Shown here piece after piece: positions 39,701 through 52,500 of a DNA stretch of 64,000 bases. The notes beneath the pieces are model-generated. The model saw only the letters and a program-made list of their open reading frames with translations. It had not been told where the DNA came from and made no database searches. The number at the start of each line of letters is the position of its first letter. The stretch's first letter is position 1. The stretch is from contig OX597814.1 in assembly GCA_951406725.2 (NCBI GenBank), positions 20,646,001 through 20,710,000 of the forward strand. The letters are read 5' to 3'. The position numbers and the translations under genes were made by a program. This DNA comes from Octopus vulgaris (lineage: Eukaryota).

Positions 39701-42700
39701 GTAATAGACATTTAACTTACTCAGCAGAAACAAAACAACATAGATATCACGTATAATAAGTAAACAAAACCACAAGAATGCATCTTTTTTTGCTTATGAA
39801 TAAGGTAATACAATCATCATACTTCCTACAACATAGACATAAAATTCTATATACAAATTTGCAATGATGCATCCACTACACATAAAGTTTGGACCACACT
39901 TAAGGTGGTGGTCTGATTGACAAACACTCCATTCCACAAGTAGCTGTCGATATAACACAGCAAAATTACAAACATCACTTGGCAAGCAGACAGCTGAGAA
40001 ATTGCATGAGTTGACTGTTTCAACCTATCAGGTTTTGTCAATCTTATTCAACACCGTAACCAATGTCTTAGGTTTAATAGCTCTGCTGTTCATTGATCTG
40101 CTAGAAGATTTACTTCTAACTTGGAGGAAACAGTTGTTGCTGAATAATTGACTGGATGAAAATTCCATGCTGTGTCAAACATGATTTCCTAATGTATTTC
40201 CAACTTTGCCTAAGTTATCTGCTTGCTAAGTAGCAATCATCACCACTATACATTTTATATAATTGTTTAAGTTAGCAACATTGACCTCAAGCAGATCCCT
40301 CATAGCAAGGTTAAAAGTTAGTGTAACCTTTGAGTTTACTGATTTTTTTTTAACAGAAACATTCATATGCCACCTTTTAATCAATATGTACTTTGAGATC
40401 ATAAAATCACAGAATAAGACTTTATGTAGTTCCACAAATGTTATACATTGAGGATTTCAACTGAGCAAGGTTAGGAATGACTCTAAATACAATATCTATG
40501 TAAAATTACAGAAACTGGAATTAAATACTAATGTGAACTAATTAGTTTGAGAAAGAAGTATACAATGCATACATTAGATATTCATGTTAATTTTTAAACT
40601 AAAAACTAAATAAAATTAAAATTAATATTTTTAAAACAAATATTCAAGTACTTTTATTATGCAGCATTTTTGTTTCACAAAAGTAATCAGAAACGAGAAA
40701 AAAAAACAATGATAAATAATTTCACTAACTTACCTTATCTGACATGTCGTTCTCAAACTTATGCTTCATTAGACAATCAAATATACGACCATTACCAGCA
40801 GCTACTTTATCACAAAATCGTTCACGATCTAATCTGCATGCATAGAAGAGAGGGCGATCTAGATGGTAGTCATCTGCTTGTAACTCAGTAACTCGTTGAA
40901 TTTGACGGTGGCAATTATCAGATAATGTTCTTATTTTTTCTTTTAAACATTCAATAGTTTTTCCTTGCAAATGAGGTGACTGAAAAATAAAAAGCCAAAT
41001 ATTTACAAGAATTTAAAATATACACACACACATTACTATTTATGAAAAGACAATTATAAATATCGTCAGTAAGTAAAATATTATAATTAGTAATATGAGA
41101 AATGCATTTGGAGAGTCCACAATATAAAACTGATAAATCAAATTTCAAGATAAGTAAAATGACTTGTGAACAATTTTCTTTAGAAATCAAATAATAATTA
41201 TGTATCAATATGTATACAGTGTGACTAACTGAAAACAAGCTCCACTTCTACCACCCTCCCAGCTAATGTTAAAACTTAAACTATCTCCAAAAACAAACAC
41301 TATTTTTAAGATATAAAATAGAAAGGATAAGACATAAGAAGAAAGGAGAAGGAATATTATTTTTCACTCAACTTGCTGAAAAAATGAGCTGCCATAACTC
41401 TTACAAACCAAACTATCATCTTATATAAAGGCTATATTGTACAATATAAATAAAGTTCATGATATATATGAACTCCTATGCTATACTACATCTCAACACC
41501 TCTCATTCTCAACCAGCACACATATCAGCCATCATACCCCACCTACTATAGCCACCCTTATGTACTGCTACATCTTTCCCATTGCTCTCACACCCTGCAT
41601 ATCATTCCCCCTACTTTCTGATCTTACTCTCTCTTCATACTGATATTTCCCATCAACCATACCTATACCCTAGCTCATCACTCCCTATATTCACCTCTAG
41701 TCAGATTTACTCTACCTTCATACTCTTATGAAACTATTCCCTCTATCCCACCTGATCCACTGTCCATATCCTCTCTTATAGTCATTGTATCTTGCTCAGG
41801 CATTTAGTCTCCACCATCTATTCCTTGTTTTTTAACTACTCCTACCTACTCCTATATAATGCAGGATAGCCATTTATACCCTCTATAGCAAGACACCTGT
41901 GCTTGTCCCTCTGTCACAATGTAGCTTTTCAACACCTGGCATAAAACCATTGATGTAGGTGCATGGCTTAGTGCTTAAAGTGTTGAACTCTTGATCGTAA
42001 GATTATGATCTTGATTCCTAGACTGGGTGACGTGTTGTGTTCTTGAGCAAGACACTTCATTTCACGTTGTTCCAGTTCACTCAGCAGGCACAAGTGAGTA
42101 ATCCTGTAACAGACTGGCGTCCTGTCCAGGAGGGGAATATATATGCACTGGAACCAGGAAACAGGCCCTCGTGAGTCAGTATGACTCAAGAAGGTAACTT
42201 TAACTTTATAAAAATCATTGCCCCCACCACCACCACCACGTAGTCAAGGGAAAATCTCTATTTTTTTTCCTTTTTCCCTATTCACTTTTTGTAAGTTACT
42301 CAGCAGCTTCACTAGTGATGGTGGCATGAAAAAAAAACCCCACTACACTGTAAAGAGGCTAGCATTAGGAAGAGCATCAAGCTGTAGAAATTATGTCAAA
42401 GCTGACATTTGAGCTTTATGTGGGCTTAAGGCTTGCTAAATCCTTTCAAACCATCTCAACCACGCCAACATGGAAAACAGGCATTAAATGATAATGATAT
42501 GAATGGAGATTTTCATTACTAAAATGCCTTTCATTACAGCTTTGTCCATCTAAGACTGATCTAGGAATAAACATTTACTTTGAACCAGTGAAGGAAAGCC
42601 TCTATGCAGGTGATCAAACTAATTTTCTTCAGATCACAGCTGCAGTTTTAAATTAGGAAAATGTCCAATATACACAAACAATTTTATACATAGATATAAG

Positions 42701-45700
42701 TTATAAAGTTTATTAAAAATATATTTTACTTACAAACATTATCTGATATAGAACTCAATACATCAGATAGAATGGAAACAGCCCAGCTCAGCATGAAACT
42801 GAGTAGACAGTCAACTTTTGATATAATAAATATAGTGCACTCTGCAGGATAGATGGTGTCAGGAAGGTCATCCAACCATAAAAAACCGTACCAAAACAAA
42901 CATTGAAACTTGGTGCAGTCTCCTGCCAAGTCAGATCCTGTCAAGCCGTCCAACCCATGCCAGCATGGAAAGCAGACATTTGATGATCATGATATATCCA
43001 CTTTATCCAATGTTTTGAGTTCTATATCAGATAATGTTTGTACTACGTTAAAGCATAACATCTCCATGATTTTGTTAAGCTACACACCATACAGTTTCTA
43101 AACACTTACATCAACAGAACCTTCAAAATGGAACCCATCAACATACACTTCTCCATAAAAATACATAGCCATTCCCACAGTGAAAGTTTATTTCAGAAAA
43201 CTAATTCAGAAGACAGCGCTTTATTGTTCCAACCCAACCATCCTTACAAATATCTTGACAATAATTAGTGTTGGGCCTGATGGAGGCAAAGTGTTTGAGT
43301 TCCTTTCAAGCATTGGGCCTCATGGAGGCAAAGTTGCTGAGTTCTTTCAAGTGTTAGATCTCATGGAGGTAATGACCAAGACCTTTGGCATTATGTCATG
43401 CTTGAGAAGAAGATCCATCAAGCCAAGCAAAATTGCAGTCATGGCAGATACCAGTGTCGTGCTGGTGGCACGTAGAAGCACCCATTGCACTCTCGGAGTG
43501 GTTGGTGTTAGGAAGGGCATCCAGCTGTAGAAAACCATGCCAAATCAGACTTGAGCCTGGCGCAGCCTTCCAATATGCCAGTCCAGTCAAGCCATCCAAC
43601 TCATGCCAGCATGGACAACGGATGTTAAATGATGATGATGATGAATTTCCCATTACAACTTCAACATCATTCAATTACTTTTCAAAGACACTTATCACAC
43701 TTTTATATAAACTGAAAACAATTTTATTCTCCCTTACAGTCATGAACAGCCCAGATTGGGAGCCAAAACCAGAATAGAGCATCAGTTTTTGATGTAATAA
43801 CCATGTATGTATGATTTCTCAGTTTTGCAGATGTGGAGAACACCTGCAGAGAAGGATGATAAGCAACTTCTGAAATGACAGAAGAGTCCAATCTCTGACC
43901 AGTAGTCATGGCTGCAAAAACATTGTGTTTGCTTTTTCATGCTGGTACAAGTTGATTCAATTGCCACGATTCAAATCAGCACTGCTTACGTAAACAAGAT
44001 AGGAAAGTGCATCTTGCTTGAATATTCCATGTTTGGCATGGATTCTAAACTGGATGCCCTTCCTATATGACTGAGGTGTGAATCACAATCTAAAAGACTT
44101 CACCAGGTGGTGCTATTAAGTTAGACATGGCCTGGGCCTATACTGGCTGAAACCTATCTAAGTTATCACCAACTATTTAAGAACGTACACTGAGTGCATT
44201 TTATTGTGACAATGATACTACAGAGGTTGTTATGATCTTGACAACACCAAAACCTCCTCTCAACCACATGTTTTACTAAGTATACAGGGTAGTTTTATTG
44301 TTGCTCATGCAAAAGAGATAGCCATATCCTTGACAAGACTAAAGGGTCTCCTTAATCCTATGAGATTTACCTTCCTTGCCAATCACTTTATGGGATATTT
44401 TGAGTGGATTTATAATATTACCAACAATTATATGATCCCAGGAAATTTAAGAATTCCTAACACGCTATGAAGTATTCATTCCTTTAGGACTACATGGCTG
44501 AGGAGCTGAACAAAAGTGAGGGCAATAGGGGGAGAATCAGATGAGTGGATAGGAAGCATTAAAGTGATGGCAGAAATAGAGTGAATGGGATGTGAAAGTA
44601 ATAGAAGGAATGAGAGAGTAATGGTTAGTAATAGAAGTGGATAAATGGGAGGACTGAATGATTGATGTCAATACCAGGTGGTTTGAGAGGGGGAAGGGGT
44701 AAAGGTAGATATATCTTGGGATGGGTGAAAAGGCTATGGTGATAAGAGGGAGTACAGTGTTTGAATGGGGAGAGTTAGATAGGTCCAGTGATAGTGGTGT
44801 GGAGGAGAAATATACAGACCATCTTCAGTCAATAGGTAGTATAGTGAGAGTGTAAAGATGGGAGGGTAATAGTGATGAGAGCAATCATGGTATGAACAAT
44901 AGAGGCTTTGAGCAATAGATGCACAAATGAGAGGAGGCAGAAGAGGTATGAGGATGACAAATGAGCAGAGATGTAGGATCCTAGAGGACACTTAAGTCTT
45001 GTCGAGGACATGACAATGTTTCTAGTGCTGGTGATACAACACACACCCAGTAACATCCTGTAAAGTCTATGCTTTAAGCAAACAAGCAAATAATAGAGTA
45101 GTGAGCACTCTATCCTACGTACTTATATATCCTCTAAGAGTTTATGGTCTTAGACTATACATGATAATCTTGTTAATGTGGGTACTCTGATAAAATTTGC
45201 CCAGTAGACTCTATAGGGAGGTTGACAAATGAGCAGAGATGTAGGATCCTAGAGGACACTTAAGTCTTGTCGAGGACATGACAATGTTTCTAGTGCTGGT
45301 GATACAACACACACCCAGTAACATCCTGTAAAGTGGCTGGACATAGGAAGGAGATCCAGCCAGAGAGAAAAAGCCAAAAATGAAACATACAAGTGAGACA
45401 ATTTTATTTTTGAAACTTGTTCCTAACTGCCTAGGAGGAAAGTTACTCCAAATATGAACTAATTATGACTATGATGACCCATGCTAGCATGGAGAACGGA
45501 CGTTAAACGATGATGATGGGATGTTATGTGTCTCAGTATGAGACATAGCCTAGGAGTGCTTCTAGAATAAAAAAAATAAAATTTCCTTATGTGCTACAAA
45601 ATGTAATTAGTTGCACTAAGTAATTAAATAACATGGCGAGAGAACTTCGAATTGGATACAGGAATATTTTTGATCACATTGAGATAAAATTTGTTCTGAA

Positions 45701-48700
45701 TTTGAAATTGATGTAAAGAACATCTACTAAAAGTTTTATGACAAAAATTTTAATTAATAACAGAACAACAGGTAGCTATGAAACTGAACAATATTAGTCC
45801 AGTAAATATGTTGCATATGACTTTAACTGAGTAAGCCTCTGTAATGAAATGGACCAATTTCGTTAGCCAATTGGTCTACTATTCATAGCAATTACCATGA
45901 TAGCTGGTGGTGAGGGTGTCAGTAAATAGAATAAACTATCAGTCACTATAGGATGGTAGACTGGCAGAACTGTTAGAGTAGTGGACAAAATACATTGTGG
46001 TATTTGTTCCAGGTCTTTACAAACTGAGATCAACATTGCCTTCCATTTTTAGAATATTAGAAAAATGCTTTGTAGTATTTGTTCTAATTCTTACTACACC
46101 CAGGCAGGTGTAGTAAGCTTGTCTTTATCTCTCCAACAAGATGGCATCTCCAACAAGATGGCATCTCCAACAAGATGGCATCTCCAACAAGATGGCATCT
46201 CCAACAAGATGGCATCTCCAACAAGATGGCATCTCCAACAAGATGGCATCTCCAACAAGATGGCATCTCACAAAGGAAAGCAATGAAAAACAACCTTTGT
46301 AAAACTCCACCTCCATTCATCAATCTGATGATGTGTGAAAGAACCAATCTGCAGCAACAATATCTGTTATGAGGGTAACAAGGAGCATAAAAGTAGGCAA
46401 AAAGAAAATTGTATGAATTTTTTTTGTTCTCAAATCTATCACTAACAAACATAGATGTATAATTTCCAAATAATCTACAAGTGAGAAACAGATTTTAGAA
46501 AAAAAAATTATCAAAATAAAAATTACCAAAATAAAAATTTAATTTAAAAAATAAAAAGTACTATAAGAAGAAATAATTGCTAACAGATGTCAAGAAGAGG
46601 TGGATATGTTCTGGAAGAGAATTTAGCTGATGTTAGCAGAGACAAATAGCAAAGAACAAAACCATTTGCTAGAATAAAAACATCTGGTCAACCAAATGTT
46701 AGAATGTAATGTGCAAATTGTGTAAAGCCTGTCTGTGCTTGTTCCTAAAGAATATTGCTAAGGCAACAATTTTATTATAAATGAATTAGCAACTGGAAAG
46801 AAAAGAATATGAAATTATTGCTAAGTTAATAAATGTTCTCTTGATGTGGAAATAGGAAGCCTGATTACAATTTGGGAAGTGACTTAAAGATTTGGTATGT
46901 GAACTATTTCTATGGTGGACAAACCAAAAAGATGGCTCACATGAGTCAGCAGTCAAATACATTTACTACTAAGAGTAGCAGAGATTTGGTAGAGTTTTAT
47001 GTGCATTAAAGTACAAGAGAATATCATGGCAGGTCAATCTATGGGTGGAGTTATTAGAAAAGGTCATGAGGTAGAGATTATGATGACAGTGCAAAAGTTA
47101 GGCTGTCAAAGAGAGATGCTGTGTCTTAGGCAGTGAACTTTCAATATTATGTAGAAATCTGAAGGGTATACACTCAGGTATAGAGAAAACAGAAACCCTA
47201 CTACGACATATAGCTTCTCTACGGATATAACTGATACAGAATAGAGGAAACTCTTTAGTCTTGCCACAGATGAAGTTTCTTGTGTCAATGGTACTTTAAA
47301 ATGTACCCAACCTACACTGTAAAAATATATCTGGGGGTAGGGAGGTTTCTATGACAAGATGGTGAGATACAACTAACCTATGCTGGCATGGAAACATATA
47401 TAAAATGATGAAGCTATGTGTTAGTAACTTAGTAACAAAAAGTTTAATTGGCTACTATATTCTCATGGGACAGATATGGTGCTTAGCCAAGTATTTAAAC
47501 TTGACAGTGAAGTAAAGGAAATTCATAAATCAGTGACATATATTTCTCCAACATCTAATAATAAATGTTACACATTTGAATTGATAAAAGCATAATTCCA
47601 TGATGGTGTTGAGAGAGAAAGAAAGAATAACATAACAATCAGAGCTCTTTGAATACAATAACTCACACAGTGTTTGCTGTACTAGTTCCAAGAGCTAGAA
47701 ATTTGATCAATAACAATAGCAATGTGAAAATTATTAACTGTAATCAGAAATGTTCACATTAACAGTGATAACACTGCTTCTATCTCAAACATAAATTAGG
47801 AATCATCATCATCATCATCGTTTAGCGTCCGCTTTCCATGCTAGCATGGGTTGGACAGTTCAACTGGGGTCTGGGAAGCCAGAAGACTGCACCAGGCCCA
47901 GTCTGATCTGGCAATGTTTCTACGGCTGGATGCCCTTCCTAACGCCAACTACTCCGAGAGTGTAGTGGGTGCTTTTTATGTGCCAGGCGAGGCTGGCAAC
48001 GGCCACAATCGGATGGTGCTTTTTACATGCCACCAGACAAGGCCAGTCGGGGCGGCAATGGAAACAGCCACGTTCGGATGGTTCTCTTAACGAACCACCA
48101 GCACTGGTATCACAGCTGCAATTTCCATTGATGTTGATCGATTTTGATTTTCACTTGCCTCAACAGGTCTTCACAATTGCCTGGGCATGGATACATTGAA
48201 ACTCCGACGTCTGGCAGCTGACTTGGCAGACACCCATAAAATTATTAACCATCTTACAAACAATAACTCTGAGCACCTTTTCAAACTCCATCTATCTAAC
48301 ACACGTGGACATATTTACAAAGTCAGAAAACAGCACAGCTCCCATGACTTTTGGGAACATTTTTTCACGCTGAGAGTTGCTGAAGCATGGAACAAACTGC
48401 CGGCATCAGTTGTTAGTTGTCAGAGCACTGCATCTTTCAAAACCTCCATGCTTCCTGAGATTTGCCAACACTACACCTGATTTTCTCCCCTCCATACACA
48501 CGCAAGCATGTATCTGACTCATACACTGTTCACTTCCCAGACATTTGTACATTACTGCATATGTTTTATACGCACTTATAGATTAGCAAACTCTAAATGT
48601 AGTTCATTTTAACATCAAGAACCAACAAACAGCCATAAAATACCTCATAAACACACTACAATGAACATCAAGAAAATCCAAGAATCATATAAAAAATGTA

Positions 48701-49484
48701 AACCTAACAGGCTAGATATATTTGTCTGGGCAGTGCTGTGGAACTTAGGTAATCAACAAGTTTCCAAATTAAATGAAAAGCCAACCAACTCGCAGTTTTT
48801 TTACATGGTATCAACACCAGCAGGGTTACTAAGTAACATGCAAAATAATGCATGTATATACAACAGTGTTTCTTTCAGTTTCTATCAACCAAATCCACTC
48901 ACAAGGCTTTGGCTGGCCTGAAGCAATAGAAGACATTTGCCCAAGATGCTATGCGGTGGGATTGAACCCAGAACCATATGGTTGAGAAGCAAACTTCTTA
49001 CCACACAGTCAAAAAATAATGAGAAAAGTTAAAAGTGCAGAAAAAATCCCACAAATAATGAATAAGGTATTAGTTTAATGCTAGCAGGAAAAGCAAAAAT
49101 AGTATGTGTGTGATGCTTTGGATATTAATTTTTCTGTAAGAAAAGGTAAAGAGAAAATAGAGGGAGGAAGGGAAAAAGTAAGAAAGATTAAAAGGTGAAA
49201 GAGAGATGGACTAAGAGAGAGAGAGAGAAAGACTTTGTAATGAGCATGTATGTGCATATATGAATGTATTTGTGTGTGAAGAAAAAAGATCAGGAATCAT
49301 TTTAGGATGGGCATCAACACTGTACTTTGGGTCATCAAATCCTATTGAACTAGCCAACTCAAACCAGAATGGAAGATGGACATTAAATGATGATGATGAA
49401 TGAGGTGGGGAAGGATGAAAACCAATAAGCCAGCGAGAAAGCTGTCTTATAGAGTTAGAAAGGCATAAGTAAGTGTATATGGAC

Positions 49485-49540
<56 letters not shown>

Positions 49541-52500
49541 AAGGGTGAAGTGTGCAGTGGTGTTGTAAGGTGAAATGCTTGTGCAATGTGAATTACATTT
49601 TCTGAGAGGGCATGTGTAATCCAAATACATGTCAAGGAATAGCACAAAAGTGTGTTTGTGTGTAGTGTGATGAGTTGCTTTGATTGTTAATGTCATCATC
49701 ATCATCTTTTAATGTCGGCTTTCCATGCTGGTATGGATTGGATGATTTGACAGGAGCTGGCTAGGCAGAAGACTGCACCAGACTCCTCGTCTGTTTTGGT
49801 AAGGTTTTTATGGCTGGATGCCCTTCCTAAATCCAACCACCCTGCGGAGTGGACTGACTGCATTTTACATGGCACAAGCACAGGTGAGGTCAGTTTTGGC
49901 ATGGTTTTTACACCTGGATGTCCTTCCAAATGCCAACCACTTAACAGTGTGGACTGAATGCTTTTTACATGGCACCAGCACTGGCAGGGTCACCAAGTAA
50001 CTTGCAAAACAAAGATACTTTGAGAAGGGAGGAGGGATTGGAGGGGATTATCTTGTGTCAGATGATGAAAGGTTATAGAAACAGAATGAACCAAAAAGCA
50101 TTATTTAAAGAGCATGCAAGAGTGTACAATTAAAAAAGACATTTTTTAGTGTGTAAGCACTAGCAGAATATCAAGTACAGCACTTATAGAGGGAAAGTTA
50201 AATCAAAAGGTATGAAATCCAAATACATGTGTATGTAAACTGTAAAAAATGGGACAAAGGAAGTGAGGGCTATATGGGTGGACTGAAAAGTTCATAGACC
50301 ATATTGTGAAGGAGTGATACTAGAGCTGTGAAATCTGCATGCATAATTTCAACTTTTCTTGTTAATAATTGCATTGTTCCTTGCCCGGTAAATTGACATC
50401 TCACTGTTCAAAGAAGACTTCAAAAATAACCAGAAGCAACTTCTCTTGAAAATGGACAAAATCTGGCATCATGCTGTTATTAAGTACCCACAGAAAAATG
50501 TTTCAGCCCCACCAAGGACATTCATATTGACATGGTTGCTACATTACAGGATGATGCTCTAGCTTTATCAACAGTGCAAAAGTGGGCAGCTACATTTGGT
50601 AAAGATAGGAGAGTCTTGAAGATAACCCAAGGTCTGGACATCTTGCAGCTGCCTCCACCAAGGAAAACATCAATTGGTGCAGTAAGGTAGAACAGTGTGT
50701 AATATAAATTGTATTTTTAGAGTATGTGTGTATATATCAAAGGATAGAAACTGACAAGTGAAGCAACACTCCATTGTGGGATTCATTTGAACATTGTAGA
50801 ATGCTAATAACTGTAGGGAGGAGTTAAAATATATTCATGCCCTGAAGAGAAAAAGCAGTCTCAAGGAAATGGTCCTAATAATGCCAGGGATATGCTTTTG
50901 CCAGCAAAGATCCACAAGGCTTAACATTTGGAGTGACCATAAGAGCATTCATTGAGTGTATTCATACTTAGAGAATGGGTCACAATAGCGTTTTCTTAAT
51001 ATGAATAGTGTGAAGGTGCAATGGCCCAGTGGTTAGGGCAGCGGACTCGTGATCGGAGGATTGTGGCTTCAATTCTCAGAACGGGCGTTGTGTGTGTTTA
51101 TTGAGCGTAAACACCGAAAAGCTCCACAAGGCTCCAACAGGTGGGTGACCCCTGTTGTACTCTTTCGCTCCAACTTTCTCTCACTCTTTCTTGAGTAACG
51201 TTGTGATGGACTGGCGTCCCATCGAGCTGGGGGGAACACATACACAATAGAAGCCGGGAAACCGGGCCCATGAGCCTGGCTAGGCTTGAAAAGGGCACAT
51301 AAAAAAAAAAAATATGAATAGTGCTCAGGTTTAACTATGTGGGTGCATATGTGCTAAATATGTATTGATATTTCTACATGTTCAAGGTGGTGAGCTGGTA
51401 GGATCATCAGTGCTCTGGAAAAAATGCATGGTGGCATTTCTTCTGACAATGTTCTAGCTCAAATGCCACCAAGATCAACTTTGCCTTTCATCCTTTAACG
51501 GTCGATAAAATAAGTACCAAGAGGCACTGGGTCAATGCAATTAACTGCACCCTTCTCCAAAATTGCTGATCTGGCAGTGTTTCTACAGATGGATTTCCTA
51601 CATGTTAAAGTGTGGTGGGCCGAGCTTTTGTATTTTTCAGTAACAATTATTGGAATGAAAAGAGAGATGTTATATTAGTCATGAAGGTGCATGGCTCAGT
51701 GGTTAGAGCATTGGGATTGCAATCATTAGGTAGTGAGTTCAATTCCTAGAGCAGGCTGTGTGTTGTGTTACTGAGCAAGACACTTTATTTCATGTTGCTC
51801 CAGTCCATTCAGCTGTAGAAATGAGTTGCGATGTCACTGGTTCTAAACTGCATCGGCTTTTGCCTTTCCCTTGGATAATGTCAGTGGCAAAGAGAGGGGA
51901 GGCTGGTATGCATGGGTGACTGCTGATCTTCCATAAACAACTTTACCCAGACTTGTGCATTGGATGGGAACTTTCTAGGTGCAATTCCATTGACATTTTT
52001 TATATTAGTTATGAGTGAACGAACAAGAAAGAATAGATTTCTCTTTTCATGTATAGAGATGTTTGTTAGTGTTATTGGGGCAAAAGAACACAGGAGAATG
52101 AGCCTTTCCAAAGACTGCTGGTATATATAAATGTTTTTGGTTGGAGGTGATAGGGGCATGATGGGTAGTGACTGGACACTAGAGTATGGTGCAATAAACA
52201 AGTGGTTCCCAAGGAGACCAGTGAACAACACATTGATTTTAAATTTAATTACTGCTACTATCTGTACTATCATCATTATCATCCTCACCATCGTTTTAAC
52301 ATCTATGCATGGGTTGGACAGAGTTTACTGATGCATATTTTCTACAGCTGGCTGCCCTTCCTATCACCATCCTCACCTGCTTCCAAGCAAGGTCATATTT
52401 TCCCAAGGCCAGACATGTTCCCACAGAATATTATAAATGAATTACACAAGTTATATGACAGTGACACTAATATACAACTATCAAGACAAAGAGAAACAAA

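Noticed and set aside
46065-46452. ORFs with 17-aa periodicity, superficially a repeat protein or CRISPR array
   Set aside because: Translations of a 17-bp tandem repeat with no unique spacers; eukaryotic intron.
51015-51085. tRNA gene
   Set aside because: It is the tRNA-like head of a SINE, continuous with SINE body and poly(A); no complete cloverleaf.
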